Below, in pieces: positions 8,458 through 19,258 of a stretch of 64,000 nucleotides of DNA. The translations under genes and the position numbers were made by a program. The DNA is from Gammaproteobacteria bacterium (lineage in GTDB: Bacteria > Pseudomonadota > Gammaproteobacteria > UBA4575). Position 1 is the stretch's first letter. Each line of letters starts with the position of its first letter. The stretch is taken from contig CBDCUI010000008.1 of NCBI GenBank assembly GCA_965222615.1, positions 224,001 to 288,000 on the forward strand. The letters run 5' to 3'. The notes under the pieces are model-generated. The model was not told the origin of the DNA, searched no databases, and worked only from the letters and a program-made list of their open reading frames with translations.

Positions 8458-10125
8458 ATGAGCAACTCTACAATTAATGAAATGCAACAAAGTCTTCAAT
8501 TAATGAGTTTTGGAGACTACTTTGAAATATTAAAGCGACGAAAATATGCTTTCATAATTCCCTTCATATTGGTCATGCTTGCGAGCATATCATTAGCCTA
8601 TTTGCTTCCATCCATATATAGGTCAGAAGCGACAATCTTAATTGAACGGCAAGAAATACCAAAGGAGCTAGTAGAAACCACAGTGACGGGCTATGTTCAG
8701 GAAAGAATTGAAGGCATTTCAAAAAGACTACTCACGCGGAAAAATTTATGGAATATAGTTGATAAGCTCGATCTGTATAAGGGGCAGCGGGATGATGAAA
8801 ATCGGTTTGATATCGTCACTGAAATGCGAAAAAACATAGCTGTAGAAATGGTTGATGTAAAAACGAGTGAGCCTGACCAAAGAAGGCAAGGAGTTGCAAC
8901 CATTGCATTTACGGTAGCCTATGAAGCTAAAGATGCAGCCGAAACTGAGTTGGTTGCTAATGAACTGGCATCATTGTTTATTGAAGAAAATAAAAGAAAG
9001 CGTACAGAGCATGCACGAGATGTATCAGACTTTTTAAAACAAGGGAGTGAGCGGTTAAGTCAGCAAATAAGTGAGCTGGAATCTAAATTAGCTGCCTTTA
9101 AACAGGAACAAAGGGAGCAGTTGCCTGAGTTAATGCAGCTTAATCTGCGGCTATATGAGAAAACCGAGAACGAAATAGAACGAACAAAAGAACAAATTCG
9201 AGCATACGAAGATAGTACAACAGCCTTACAGGCCGAAATGGCAATTACCAATCCGAACCAGGATATCATTGATGATACAGGTAGAAGAGTTCTAGCCGGA
9301 GAAGAACGTCTTAGTTTATTAACTGCCGAATATTTAAGTTTATCTGCAAAATATTCAGCGCAACACCCAGATCTTGTTAAGCTTCGTCGAGAGATTGAAG
9401 CGCTTGGCGGCGAAAAAGATGTCAGTGGTGTGACGGCCTTAATTGAGAATCTTACAGTTTTAAAAGATAAATTATCGAAAGCAAAACAAAAGTACTCAGC
9501 TGATCATCCAGAAGTCATAAGCATCCAGAAATCGGTCGCCGCCGTGGAGAGAGGCTTGCAAGCAGCGTCGCTTTCTTCGTCTGGTCATTCGACGAGGCTA
9601 TCAAGTGCACCTGATAACCCTCGTTATGTTTCATTAAAGACACAACTTAGTGCAGCTTTAAGTAATTTAAAATCAGAAAAAGCTAAGCTTGCTCAGTTGA
9701 ATGAAAAATTGGCTGAATATGAAAAAAGATTATTTCAAACGCCTGCAGTTGAGCGAGATTATAAATTATTGGTTCGGGACTATGAAATAGCTCGGAAAAA
9801 GTATAATGAGATCAAAAAGAAACAATTAGAGGCGTCGTTGGCTGTAGATTTAGAATCTACTGATAAGGGTGAACGATTTTCTATAGTGCAACCTGCTTAT
9901 TTGCCAGCTAGTCCTGAACGTCCAAATCGATTAGGTATTGGGCTTCTTGGTTTTCTACTCGCATGTGGTTGTGGGATTGGTGGTATGACAATCAGGGAAT
10001 ATACAGATCGTACTATCTACAACTCAAAGGATTTGATGTCTATATTTAATGCACCACCACTGGTAGTTGTTCCATATATTGATGAACCTAAAGACACCTC
10101 TAAAGATTTACCTCGTGCGGCATAG
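8458..10125 (+). CDS. Polysaccharide co-polymerase / chain-length determinant (Wzc membrane module, GumC-like)
   Basis: N-terminal TM + YRSEATILIE, long coiled coils, two YSxxHPD/E motifs, PASPERPNR + second TM. Confidence 0.9.
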   Translation: MSNSTINEMQQSLQLMSFGDYFEILKRRKYAFIIPFILVMLASISLAYLLPSIYRSEATILIERQEIPKELVETTVTGYVQERIEGISKRLLTRKNLWNIVDKLDLYKGQRDDENRFDIVTEMRKNIAVEMVDVKTSEPDQRRQGVATIAFTVAYEAKDAAETELVANELASLFIEENKRKRTEHARDVSDFLKQGSERLSQQISELESKLAAFKQEQREQLPELMQLNLRLYEKTENEIERTKEQIRAYEDSTTALQAEMAITNPNQDIIDDTGRRVLAGEERLSLLTAEYLSLSAKYSAQHPDLVKLRREIEALGGEKDVSGVTALIENLTVLKDKLSKAKQKYSADHPEVISIQKSVAAVERGLQAASLSSSGHSTRLSSAPDNPRYVSLKTQLSAALSNLKSEKAKLAQLNEKLAEYEKRLFQTPAVERDYKLLVRDYEIARKKYNEIKKKQLEASLAVDLESTDKGERFSIVQPAYLPASPERPNRLGIGLLGFLLACGCGIGGMTIREYTDRTIYNSKDLMSIFNAPPLVVVPYIDEPKDTSKDLPRAA

Positions 10126-10332
10126 AAGTTTCATTAGTAAAGGTTAAAGTTTAGGTGGCTACGATACTATTAAGTCCTTCGGTAAGTATTGTGATAAAGA
10201 GTACTGGAAACATTTGTTCCTTTACCTTTTTACCAGTTTTATCGTTAACATACAGCCTTTTATAGAAATATAAAAAAATGAGTGATTCTAGGGAATAAAA
10301 TATTACCGCAACAAATAATGGAATACTAAAGT

Positions 10333-11133
10333 ATGAGCAGAATTTCTAAAGCTGTAGAACTTGCCAGAAAGGAAGGAGCCTTTCTTAAGAGCCCTATTGA
10401 AAGTAATGGCGATCATGCCGCCATTGAAGCCGATTATGTCAAAACTAATAAAGTTATAGTTAGTCATAATGTACTTAGAAAAAACCGAGTTTTAACGGCA
10501 ATCAGTGATCACCAAGTAATTGACACTTATAGATTGTTGCGCACACGTGTACTTCGCCGTATGCGACAGAATGCTTGGAAAAGTCTTGGGGTAACCAGTG
10601 CCGGTAAAAATGATGGCAAAACTTTAACAAGTATAAATCTCGGAATCAGTATCGCAATGAAACAAAATTATTCGGTAGTAGTTGTAGATACAGATCTTAG
10701 AAATCCAAGTGTACATAAATTATTTGGGTTTGAGCCTGAATATGGGCTTGTTGATTACTTAAAGTCAAATGTACCTCTTGATAAAGTTTTGGTAAATCCT
10801 GATATTGATCGTTTAGTAATTCTTCCAGGAAATAAAAACGTAGATGCATCGTCTGAATTATTGTCTTCTCCTAAAATGTCGCGTTTAGCCAAAGATTTAA
10901 AAACACGGTATCCAACACGTATTGTAATATATGATTTACCACCTGTTCTTGTTGGCGACGATGTCGTAGCGTTTGCTCCTAACTTAGATACGGCCTTGTT
11001 CGTAGTTGAAGAAGGAGGCACAGATTCCGATAAGCTGAAACGGTCAATACAATTGTTAGAGGGCATTGATATTATTGGGACGGTGTTAAATAAATCTAAA
11101 GAAAGTCCTCAAAATGATAGTTATTATTATTAA
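10333..11133 (+). CDS. CpsD/CapB-family bacterial tyrosine kinase
   Basis: Walker A SAGKNDGKT, VVVDTDLRNP, IYDLPP, C-terminal Tyr cluster SYYY. Confidence 0.92.
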   Translation: MSRISKAVELARKEGAFLKSPIESNGDHAAIEADYVKTNKVIVSHNVLRKNRVLTAISDHQVIDTYRLLRTRVLRRMRQNAWKSLGVTSAGKNDGKTLTSINLGISIAMKQNYSVVVVDTDLRNPSVHKLFGFEPEYGLVDYLKSNVPLDKVLVNPDIDRLVILPGNKNVDASSELLSSPKMSRLAKDLKTRYPTRIVIYDLPPVLVGDDVVAFAPNLDTALFVVEEGGTDSDKLKRSIQLLEGIDIIGTVLNKSKESPQNDSYYY

Positions 11134-11294
11134 ATAAAGTTTTAATATTTAAGTATCTCTAAGATTTCCGCACTATAAAGTTAATCTGGCATACTAAGGG
11201 CGACCTTGGGGCATTAACAAGTTTCAAAAAGATGACGAATTAATTGTTCGTGCAAAATGTATTTAAATTTTTACAAAGAGATGGGAAGTTTGTA

Positions 11295-12068
11295 ATGAAA
11301 GCGGTAATACTTGCAGGAGGATTGGGTACAAGATTATCTGAAGAAACAGTGGTAAAACCTAAGCCTATGGTGGAGATAGGGGGAAAACCAATTCTATGGC
11401 ATATTATGAAGATATACCATGCGCATGAAATAAAAGAGTTTATTGTATGCTGTGGCTATAAAGGTCATGTGATAAAAGAATATTTTGCGAATTACTTATT
11501 ACATAATTCCAACGTTACTTTCGATACTAAAAATAATGAAATGGAGATCCATAAAAATAATGCTGAAGACTGGCGTGTTACGTTGATTAATACTGGTGAT
11601 TCTACGATGACAGGTGGTCGCTTAAAACGAGTGCAGGAGTTTTTGGGAGATGAAACATTCTGTATGACATATGGCGATGGTGTTACTGACTCTAATATTA
11701 AAAAGACTATCAAATTTCACAAAGAGCAAAATAGGCTCGCGACACTAACCGCAGTACAGCCTCCTGGTAGATTTGGTGCGTTTACCTTATCTGAGGACAA
11801 AACTAAGATTGAACATTTTAGAGAAAAGCCAAAAGGTGATAACGCGTGGATTAATGGGGGGTTTTTTGTGCTTGAGCCCGGCGTACTAGAATATGTTAAA
11901 GATGACAATACCGTGTGGGAACAAGAACCACTAACTGGTTTAGCGCATGATTCACAATTGTCTGCTTACAAGCATGATGGTTTTTGGCAGTCGATGGACA
12001 CACTTCGAGATAAAAGTGTATTAGAAGATCTTTGGGACAGTGATAGCCCGCCATGGAAAATATGGTAA
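11295..12068 (+). CDS. rfbF: Glucose-1-phosphate cytidylyltransferase
   Basis: [55 protein letters not shown]. Confidence 0.96.
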   Translation: MKAVILAGGLGTRLSEETVVKPKPMVEIGGKPILWHIMKIYHAHEIKEFIVCCGYKGHVIKEYFANYLLHNSNVTFDTKNNEMEIHKNNAEDWRVTLINTGDSTMTGGRLKRVQEFLGDETFCMTYGDGVTDSNIKKTIKFHKEQNRLATLTAVQPPGRFGAFTLSEDKTKIEHFREKPKGDNAWINGGFFVLEPGVLEYVKDDNTVWEQEPLTGLAHDSQLSAYKHDGFWQSMDTLRDKSVLEDLWDSDSPPWKIW

Positions 12069-13272
12069 CGACGTGTACACAGCAGATTTTCTTGTTATTG
12101 GTGGTGGGATAATAGGAACCAATATTGCTTTAGCGCTGAAAAATAAATTTTCTGATTGCAAAGTAATAATCATCGAAAAAGAACAATCTCTTGGAGTTCA
12201 TGCAAGTGGCCGTAATAGTGGTGTACTACATGCAGGCTTTTATTATACGGCGGATAGTCTAAAGGCTAAGTTTACAAGAAACGGAAATGCTCTACTTACC
12301 GAATATTGTGAACAAAGAAATATACCTATAAATAAATGTGGCAAGCTTGTAGTCGCGCTGAATGAAACAGAAGATAAACTCTTAGACCTCCTAATGGAAA
12401 GGGGTATTAAGAACGGAGTTCATTTACAGCAAGTCTCAAAAGAGGAAATGCATGAAATTGAACCAAGAGCATATTCTTGGAGTCGTGCAATATTTTCTCC
12501 TACAACTTCTTCTGCAGATCCTATGGCAGTAATTCGATCTATGGAAGCAGATGCTAAAAGTGTAGGTGTTGATATTCATTATGGGACAAAATATCTTCGC
12601 AATAAGAATAACAAAATTGAAACTACAAATGGTTCTTATAATGTTAAATATGTAATCAACGCAGCTGGATTATATGCTGATAAAATAGCACGAGATTTTA
12701 ATTTTTGTGAAAATTATACAATTTTGCCGTTTAAAGGAATCTATTTAAAATCTAATGAACCTGCTGGCGTTTATCAGACCCATATTTACCCTGTGCCAGA
12801 TTTAGAAAATCCATTTTTAGGAGTTCATTTTACAATTCAGGTAGATGGCAAGGTAAAAATTGGGCCTACGGCAATACCTGCATTCTGGAGAGAACAGTAT
12901 AAATATTTGGATAATTTTAAGTTCAATGAATTTGTAGATATTTCTTCAAGGTCTGCAGGATTGTTGTTACATTCAAATTTCAACTTTTCTAAACTTGCGA
13001 TTGATGAGATTAAAAAATACTCCCGCAAGAGATTGATAGGACTCGCAAAAAGTCTGGTGCCTGATATCCAACAAAAATTTTTCAGGCAATGGGCAAAGCC
13101 GGGAATTCGTGCACAGTTAATTGACTTGAAAAATCGTAAACTTGAAATGGACTTTGTGTTAGAAGGCGATGAAAGATCTATGCACGTTCTAAACGCTGTT
13201 TCACCTGGTTGGACTTGTTCGATACCATTTTCAAAATATGTAGTTAGTAAAATTAATAGGAGACTTAATTGA
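12040..13272 (+). CDS. FAD-dependent oxidoreductase, L-2-hydroxyglutarate oxidase (LhgO) family
   Basis: [27 protein letters not shown]...[21 protein letters not shown]; GTG at 12073 is an alternative start. Confidence 0.85.
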   Translation: MIARHGKYGNDVYTADFLVIGGGIIGTNIALALKNKFSDCKVIIIEKEQSLGVHASGRNSGVLHAGFYYTADSLKAKFTRNGNALLTEYCEQRNIPINKCGKLVVALNETEDKLLDLLMERGIKNGVHLQQVSKEEMHEIEPRAYSWSRAIFSPTTSSADPMAVIRSMEADAKSVGVDIHYGTKYLRNKNNKIETTNGSYNVKYVINAAGLYADKIARDFNFCENYTILPFKGIYLKSNEPAGVYQTHIYPVPDLENPFLGVHFTIQVDGKVKIGPTAIPAFWREQYKYLDNFKFNEFVDISSRSAGLLLHSNFNFSKLAIDEIKKYSRKRLIGLAKSLVPDIQQKFFRQWAKPGIRAQLIDLKNRKLEMDFVLEGDERSMHVLNAVSPGWTCSIPFSKYVVSKINRRLN

Positions 13273-14339
13273 GTAGTTTAAAGAAAATTCTTATCACTGG
13301 AAATATGGGATATATTGGCCCAGTTCTAACGGCTTATTTGAGGTCAATTTATCCTCATTTAGAAATTTATGGAGTTGATCTAGGTTTTTTTGGGCAGTGT
13401 CTTACCGGTGCGCCGGTAATACCGGAATCCCGTGTAGATGTTCAATATATCTCAGATGTGCGCAAACAACCGGATAACTTATTAGAGGGCATTGATGCGG
13501 TAATTCACTTGGCAGCAATTTCAAATGATCCTATGGGCAATGCATTTGAAGATGTAACAGAGGAAATTAATTACCAAGCTAGTGTGAATATCGCTAAACA
13601 AGCCAAACAAGCTGGAGTAAGGTCATTTGTATTTGCCTCGAGTTGCAGTGTGTATGGATATGCTGAAGGTGATGCCAGAAATGAAGAATCAGATTTAAAT
13701 CCATTGACCGCTTATGCTAAGTCAAAAATTAACACAGAGAAAGCGATTCAGAATCTGGCAGATCAGGATTTTATAATTACGAGTCTTCGATTTCCTACAG
13801 CTTGTGGAATGAGTGATCGTTTACGACTTGATCTTGTTTTGAATGATTTTGTTGCATCAGCCGTAGCCTCAAAAAAGATTACTATTTTAAGTGATGGTAC
13901 ACCTTGGAGACCATTGATTGATGTCAAAGATATGTCAAGAGCAATAGATTGGGGTATAAATCGAACTTCAGATGCTGGCGGACTATTTTTGGCAATTAAT
14001 GTTGGTCGTACAGAATGGAATTATCAAGTAAAGGAATTAGCCGAAAAAGTAAATGAAATTATGCCAGATATTGAAATTGAGATTAATTCTGATGCGCAGC
14101 CGGATAAAAGATCCTATCGTGTAGATTTTAGTTTATATAAAAAACTTGCTCCTCATCACCAGCCGCAGGTAGATCTAATTCAGTCGATAACTGAGTTAAA
14201 AAATGGCTTGGAAAAAATCCAATTTAGTGACACAAATTTTAGAGATTCTGAATACATTCGCCTCAAAGTGCTATCTAGACTGAGAAAAGATGGTTTGTTA
14301 TCTAAAAAACTAGAGTGGACAAATCGAGTAACTCAGTGA
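13269..14339 (+). CDS. NAD-dependent nucleotide-sugar epimerase/dehydratase
   Basis: ITGNMGYIG, HLAAISNDP, ASSCSVYG, YAKSK. Confidence 0.9.
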   Translation: MSSLKKILITGNMGYIGPVLTAYLRSIYPHLEIYGVDLGFFGQCLTGAPVIPESRVDVQYISDVRKQPDNLLEGIDAVIHLAAISNDPMGNAFEDVTEEINYQASVNIAKQAKQAGVRSFVFASSCSVYGYAEGDARNEESDLNPLTAYAKSKINTEKAIQNLADQDFIITSLRFPTACGMSDRLRLDLVLNDFVASAVASKKITILSDGTPWRPLIDVKDMSRAIDWGINRTSDAGGLFLAINVGRTEWNYQVKELAEKVNEIMPDIEIEINSDAQPDKRSYRVDFSLYKKLAPHHQPQVDLIQSITELKNGLEKIQFSDTNFRDSEYIRLKVLSRLRKDGLLSKKLEWTNRVTQ

Positions 14340-14360
14340 GTAAAATTGCAAGCTTAAAGA

Positions 14361-14894
14361 GTGATGATTTTTGAAAAAACCAAGCTCAAAGACGTTCATA
14401 TAGTAAAACTGGAGACTTTAACGGATGAACGCGGATTTTTTGCGCGATCTTGGTGTAAAAAGGAATTTGCTGAGCATGGGCTAGTTAATGACTATGTTCA
14501 GACAAATCTATCATTCAATAGATTGAAAGGCACTTTAAGAGGCATGCATTACCAAGTAGAGCCTTATGGAGAAACTAAACTCGTCAGATGTATAAAAGGT
14601 GCAATTTATGATGTAGTAATCGATTTGCGCAAACAGTCCAACACTTACTTAGAATGGTTAGGAGTTGAGTTGAACGAAGAAAATCGTGACATGCTCTATA
14701 TTCCTAAAGGGTTTGCGCACGGTTTTATAACGCTTGAAGATAATACAGAAGTTTATTATCAGATGTCAGAGTATTATAAACCAGAAGCTGCACGTGGTCT
14801 TAGGTATGACGACCCAACATTCAATATACGGTGGCCTGTTGCTGTTGAAGAGATTGCTGAAAAGGATTTGGCTTGGAGTAGTTTTCATAGTTAG
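14361..14894 (+). CDS. rfbC: NDP-4-keto-6-deoxyhexose 3,5-epimerase (RmlC family)
   Basis: DERGFFAR, GTLRGMHYQ, KLVRCIKGAIYDVVIDLR, PKGFAHGF. Confidence 0.92.
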   Translation: MMIFEKTKLKDVHIVKLETLTDERGFFARSWCKKEFAEHGLVNDYVQTNLSFNRLKGTLRGMHYQVEPYGETKLVRCIKGAIYDVVIDLRKQSNTYLEWLGVELNEENRDMLYIPKGFAHGFITLEDNTEVYYQMSEYYKPEAARGLRYDDPTFNIRWPVAVEEIAEKDLAWSSFHS

Positions 14895-14960
14895 AAACGT
14901 GGTACGTATTTCTAAATATATCTTTTGATAGTTCCATATAAAGCATATAAAAATTAACAA

Positions 14961-15689
14961 ATGAATGAACTAAAAAATCAAGTTGCTGTAGTAACTGGTG
15001 CCACTAGTGGCATTGGTAAAGCTTGTTGTTATGCATTGGCTAAAGAAAGTGTATCAGTATGTCTGTTAGGAAGAAATACAAGTGAGTTAAACAAAATTGA
15101 AAAAGAATTAAAGGAAATCTCTCCTCTAACTAGAGCCGTGAAAGTTGATTTATTTAAAGATAGTGAAATAAATGAGGTAGTGAAATTTATTAAGAGTGAC
15201 TATGAGGCTATACATATATTAGTGCATAGTGCTGGCATATATTCTGTAGGAAGTATTCAAGAAGCAAAAGTACAAGAGTTTGATGATCAATATAAAATAA
15301 ATGTACGCGCTCCTTATTTGCTCACTCAGCAGCTTTTGCCTTTACTTGACAAAGAGGTTGGACAAATAGCATTTATTAATTCAACAGTGGCGATGGGCGC
15401 AAAGAGTAATCTATCTCAATACTGTGCAACAAAATCAGCTTTAAAGGCTTTAGCTGATAGTCTACGTATGGAAATAAACTCATTAGGCGTAAGAGTGCTA
15501 ACGGTTTATCCTGGTCGTACAGCCACTCCAATGCAAGAGGCTGTATGTGAAACTGGGGGTGTTGCATATAATCCAGAATTCATGATTCAACCTGAGCAAG
15601 TTGCCAAACTGTTAGTTTCATCATTTAAGATGCCTCGTGATGCTGAGATTACCGATATAACAGTACGCCCAATGAAAGTTATGCGATAG
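14961..15689 (+). CDS. SDR family oxidoreductase
   Basis: VTGATSGIG, YCATK catalytic motif. Confidence 0.88.
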   Translation: MNELKNQVAVVTGATSGIGKACCYALAKESVSVCLLGRNTSELNKIEKELKEISPLTRAVKVDLFKDSEINEVVKFIKSDYEAIHILVHSAGIYSVGSIQEAKVQEFDDQYKINVRAPYLLTQQLLPLLDKEVGQIAFINSTVAMGAKSNLSQYCATKSALKALADSLRMEINSLGVRVLTVYPGRTATPMQEAVCETGGVAYNPEFMIQPEQVAKLLVSSFKMPRDAEITDITVRPMKVMR

Positions 15690-15812
15690 TAGTTATTTCA
15701 TGCGAGAAAAATTCTTATTACGCGAAAAAATAAACGGAATTATCAGAATATAGCTTGAGAGCAATCACTGTAATTATACTGGGTAAAAATTTTATTAATT
15801 GGAAATATCATA

Positions 15813-17051
15813 ATGACTAATTTTAATTGCCGCTTTTGTGGGACGAAACTTAACCATGTATTTGCGGATTTAGGTTCAACCCCAATTGCAAATGATTATA
15901 TTAAGGCAGAGAACTTACATTCTATGGAGCCTTTTTATCCGTTGGAAGTTTATGTCTGTGACTCATGTTTATTAGTGCAGTTACCAGAGCATCAGACTGC
16001 TGAGAACATATTTGCAGAGGACTATACTTATTTTTCTTCATACTCTGATAGTTGGTTAAAGCATTCAAGCGACTATGTTGACATGATGATAGATCGTTTT
16101 GGATTTAATAAAGATTCAAAAGTAATCGAAATTGCTAGCAATGATGGCTATTTGTTGAAATATTTTAAACAAAAAGGAGTGCCAATTTTAGGCATAGAGC
16201 CAGCTGCTAATGTAGCTGAAGTTGCTGAAAAAAATGGAATTCCATCTATTGTCAAGTTTTTTGGTGTGCAAACTGCAAATGATTTGGTTAATGATGGAAT
16301 ACAGGCCGATTTGACACTGGGAAATAATGTTCTAGCACATGTTCCTGATATTAATGATTTTGTGAGTGGTATGAAAATAATTTTAAAAGAAGATGGCGTA
16401 ATTACGATGGAATTTCCACACCTATTGCGGCTTATGGAGTTAAATCAGTTTGATACGATATATCACGAACACTTTTCTTATTTATCGTTTACTACTGTCG
16501 AAAAAATTTTTGCTCATCATGGTCTGGCATTATTTGATGTTGAGGAGCTTCCAACTCATGGAGGTTCGTTACGTATTTTTGCAAAACATCAACAAGATGA
16601 CAGTAAACCAATCTCTGATCGCGTATCTAATTTGAAAAATTTGGAAGCCGAAAAAGGATTTACAGAACTAGAACACTACTTACGCTATCAAAATCAAATT
16701 GATGAGACCAAGCGAAATTTACTTAAGTTCCTCATCAATGCCAGAGAGGAAGGGAAGATAGTTGTGGGGTATGGAGCTCCGGCTAAAGGTAATACATTGC
16801 TTAATTACTGCGGAGTGGGTAAAGATTTTGTTCAATATACCGTAGATAGGAGCCCAGTTAAGCAAAATTGTTGTCTGCCAGGCACACGCATACCCATCTA
16901 TGATCCTGAAAAGATTTTTGAGACACGCCCAGATTATATTCTCCTCTTACCTTGGAACTTGAAGGATGAAATTATTAAGCAAATGCAAGAAGTACGCTCT
17001 TGGGGGTGCAAATTTGTTGTACCTATTCCTTCTGTAAAGGTTATCGACTAA
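15813..17051 (+). CDS. SAM-dependent NDP-sugar C-methyltransferase
   Basis: N-terminal CRFCG...CDSC zinc site, EIASNDG, FDTIYHEHFSY, THGGSLR, GYGAPAKGNTLLN. Confidence 0.92.
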   Translation: MTNFNCRFCGTKLNHVFADLGSTPIANDYIKAENLHSMEPFYPLEVYVCDSCLLVQLPEHQTAENIFAEDYTYFSSYSDSWLKHSSDYVDMMIDRFGFNKDSKVIEIASNDGYLLKYFKQKGVPILGIEPAANVAEVAEKNGIPSIVKFFGVQTANDLVNDGIQADLTLGNNVLAHVPDINDFVSGMKIILKEDGVITMEFPHLLRLMELNQFDTIYHEHFSYLSFTTVEKIFAHHGLALFDVEELPTHGGSLRIFAKHQQDDSKPISDRVSNLKNLEAEKGFTELEHYLRYQNQIDETKRNLLKFLINAREEGKIVVGYGAPAKGNTLLNYCGVGKDFVQYTVDRSPVKQNCCLPGTRIPIYDPEKIFETRPDYILLLPWNLKDEIIKQMQEVRSWGCKFVVPIPSVKVID

Positions 17052-17095
17052 ACCAATAATCTATTCTTGTTTATTAGTATGGCTATATATAAGTT

Positions 17096-18376
17096 ATGAG
17101 TGTTGGTAAAGAAATGTTTGCGTTATCTGAGCGTTTGTTCCCAATTTGTAGAAGTATTTCTGGTGATGGAGTAAGAGAAACTTTAAGCATTATTAAAGAG
17201 CATATCCCTATTGAGACTCATGAGATTCCTAGTAATACAAATGTATTTGATTGGACCATCCCACGCGAATGGAATATTCGGGGTGCCTATATAAAAAATC
17301 AAAAAGGAGAACGAGTAGTAGATTTTAAAAATTCGAATCTACATGTTATAAGTTACAGTATACCAATAAATAAAAAACTCACACTGACAGAGCTGAAAGA
17401 ACATCTCTATACGATTCCAGAAAAGCCAGATTGTATACCCTATCGCACTTCATATTATGAAGATACTTGGGGTTTTTGTCTGACACATAATCAGTTAAAA
17501 ACTTTGGATGATGGGCTCTATGAGGTTTATATTGATTCTGATCTCTCTGATGGCCATCTTACTTATGGTGAGTGCTTGATTGAAGGCGATAGCAAAGAAG
17601 AAATTCTTCTGTCTGCACACGTATGCCATCCATCTCTCGCCAATGATAATTTATCGGGAATTACGGTATTGACATATCTTGCTAAGCATTTAAGTGATAC
17701 CCCTCGTCGTCGCTATACTTATAGATTGATATTTGCTCCTGGTACGATTGGTTCGATCACATGGCTTGCTAAAAACGAAGATAAAATTAATCATATTAAA
17801 CATGGCTTAGTAATTTCTTGCGTCGGAGATGCAGGTAGTTTTACGTATAAATGTAGTAGGCAAAAGGATGCTGAAGTTAATCAAGTTGTAGCTTATGCAC
17901 TTGAAAATAGCGGTTTGCCATACACTGTAGAAGATTTTTCACCATATGGGTATGACGAGCGACAATATTGTTCGCCTGGAATAAATTTAAATGTTGGCTT
18001 ATTTGAAAGAAGCAAGTATGGATCTTTTCCAGAGTATCATACTTCAGCAGACAATCTTGATTTTATCCATCCTGCATATTTAGAAGAATCATATGAGTTG
18101 ATTAAAGACATTTTGAATATTTTTGAATGTAATAAAACATTCAAAAATAATTTTCCTAAGTGTGAACCACAGCTTGGAAAAAGAGGGTTATATCGTGCTA
18201 TAGGTGGTGAGCTGGATAAAGCGACAAAGCAGTTAGCTATGTTATGGGTTTTAAACCAATCAGATGGAACAAAATCTTTGCTTGAAATTACTAAACAGTC
18301 TGGAATTAATTTTGAAATTATTTGTGAAGCAGCTGCATTATTAAATTCGCATGAAATAATTACAACTGAATTTTAA
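17096..18376 (+). CDS. DUF4910-family protein (M28-peptidase-like fold, DUF2172 insert, C-terminal wHTH)
   Basis: FPICRSISGDGVRETL, FDWTIPREWNI, IPYRTSYY, HVCHPSLANDNLSG, DERQYCSPG, EYHTSADN, EPQLGKRGLY. Confidence 0.9.
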   Translation: MSVGKEMFALSERLFPICRSISGDGVRETLSIIKEHIPIETHEIPSNTNVFDWTIPREWNIRGAYIKNQKGERVVDFKNSNLHVISYSIPINKKLTLTELKEHLYTIPEKPDCIPYRTSYYEDTWGFCLTHNQLKTLDDGLYEVYIDSDLSDGHLTYGECLIEGDSKEEILLSAHVCHPSLANDNLSGITVLTYLAKHLSDTPRRRYTYRLIFAPGTIGSITWLAKNEDKINHIKHGLVISCVGDAGSFTYKCSRQKDAEVNQVVAYALENSGLPYTVEDFSPYGYDERQYCSPGINLNVGLFERSKYGSFPEYHTSADNLDFIHPAYLEESYELIKDILNIFECNKTFKNNFPKCEPQLGKRGLYRAIGGELDKATKQLAMLWVLNQSDGTKSLLEITKQSGINFEIICEAAALLNSHEIITTEF

Positions 18377-18399
18377 ATACTATTTTAGTTCAACTTAAA

Positions 18400-19230
18400 A
18401 TGATTACTGAAGATAAAATGATAGTAATTGATAGTCAAAGGAAAGGTTGGTCTGCTTTTGACTTTAAAGAGCTTAAAGAATATAGAGACTTGTTCTATTT
18501 TCTTGTTTGGCGCGATATCAAAGCATTATATGCTCAAACTATCTTAGGATTTGCGTGGGCAATTCTTAACCCACTTATTCAAATTGTTATCTTTACAATA
18601 ATTTTTGGAAAAGTCGCGAAACTTCCTACAGATGGGATCCCTTATGTACTGTTTTCTTCTGTAGCGATCATACCTTGGACGTATATGTCGGATGCAATGA
18701 TGAAATCTAGTGCTAGCCTGGTAACTGGCCAAGGTATGCTAGGTAAAATTTATTTTCCACGAATGTTATTCCCAATTACTCCAGTGTTAGCCAAGCTAGT
18801 CGACTTTGGAATATCTTTAATTCTACTTTTAGCAATTGTTATCTACTATCGAGTTCCACTAACCTGGAATCTCTTGTTATTGCCTTTACTGATTGTATTA
18901 ATGATTATGATTCCCACCGCAATCGGTTTGTGGCTGTCTGCACTTGCGATTAGGTATCGAGATGTCAAATTTGCAATGCCGTTTGTGCTCAGGATGTTAA
19001 TTTATACGGCACCAATTTTATATTCTGCTTCGTCAATACCAGAAAACTATAGAATTCTCTATTCGTTAAACCCGCTTGTAGCAGTAATAGAGGGATTTCG
19101 TAGTTGTTTATTAGGTATACCAATACAATATGAATATATAATTCCAGGTATTATTACAACAGTAGTTTTATTTATAAGTGGTGCAATTTACTTCAAAAAG
19201 ATGGAATCGATATTTGTTGACGTAATTTAA
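18400..19230 (+). CDS. wzm: Polysaccharide ABC transporter permease
   Basis: [44 protein letters not shown]; multiple TM segments. Confidence 0.93.
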   Translation: MITEDKMIVIDSQRKGWSAFDFKELKEYRDLFYFLVWRDIKALYAQTILGFAWAILNPLIQIVIFTIIFGKVAKLPTDGIPYVLFSSVAIIPWTYMSDAMMKSSASLVTGQGMLGKIYFPRMLFPITPVLAKLVDFGISLILLLAIVIYYRVPLTWNLLLLPLLIVLMIMIPTAIGLWLSALAIRYRDVKFAMPFVLRMLIYTAPILYSASSIPENYRILYSLNPLVAVIEGFRSCLLGIPIQYEYIIPGIITTVVLFISGAIYFKKMESIFVDVI

Positions 19231-19258
19231 TGGGCTGTCAAAATTTATTGAAGTAGCT

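Noticed and set aside
10126-10332. Structured RNA between the co-polymerase and kinase genes
   Set aside because: Only short, weak stems (GATAAA/TTTATC, ACTGG/CCAGT) and no recognisable family motif.
6431-11133. Assignment as a PEP-CTERM/exosortase system
   Set aside because: The export genes resemble such loci, but no exosortase or PEP-CTERM tail is visible in the window.
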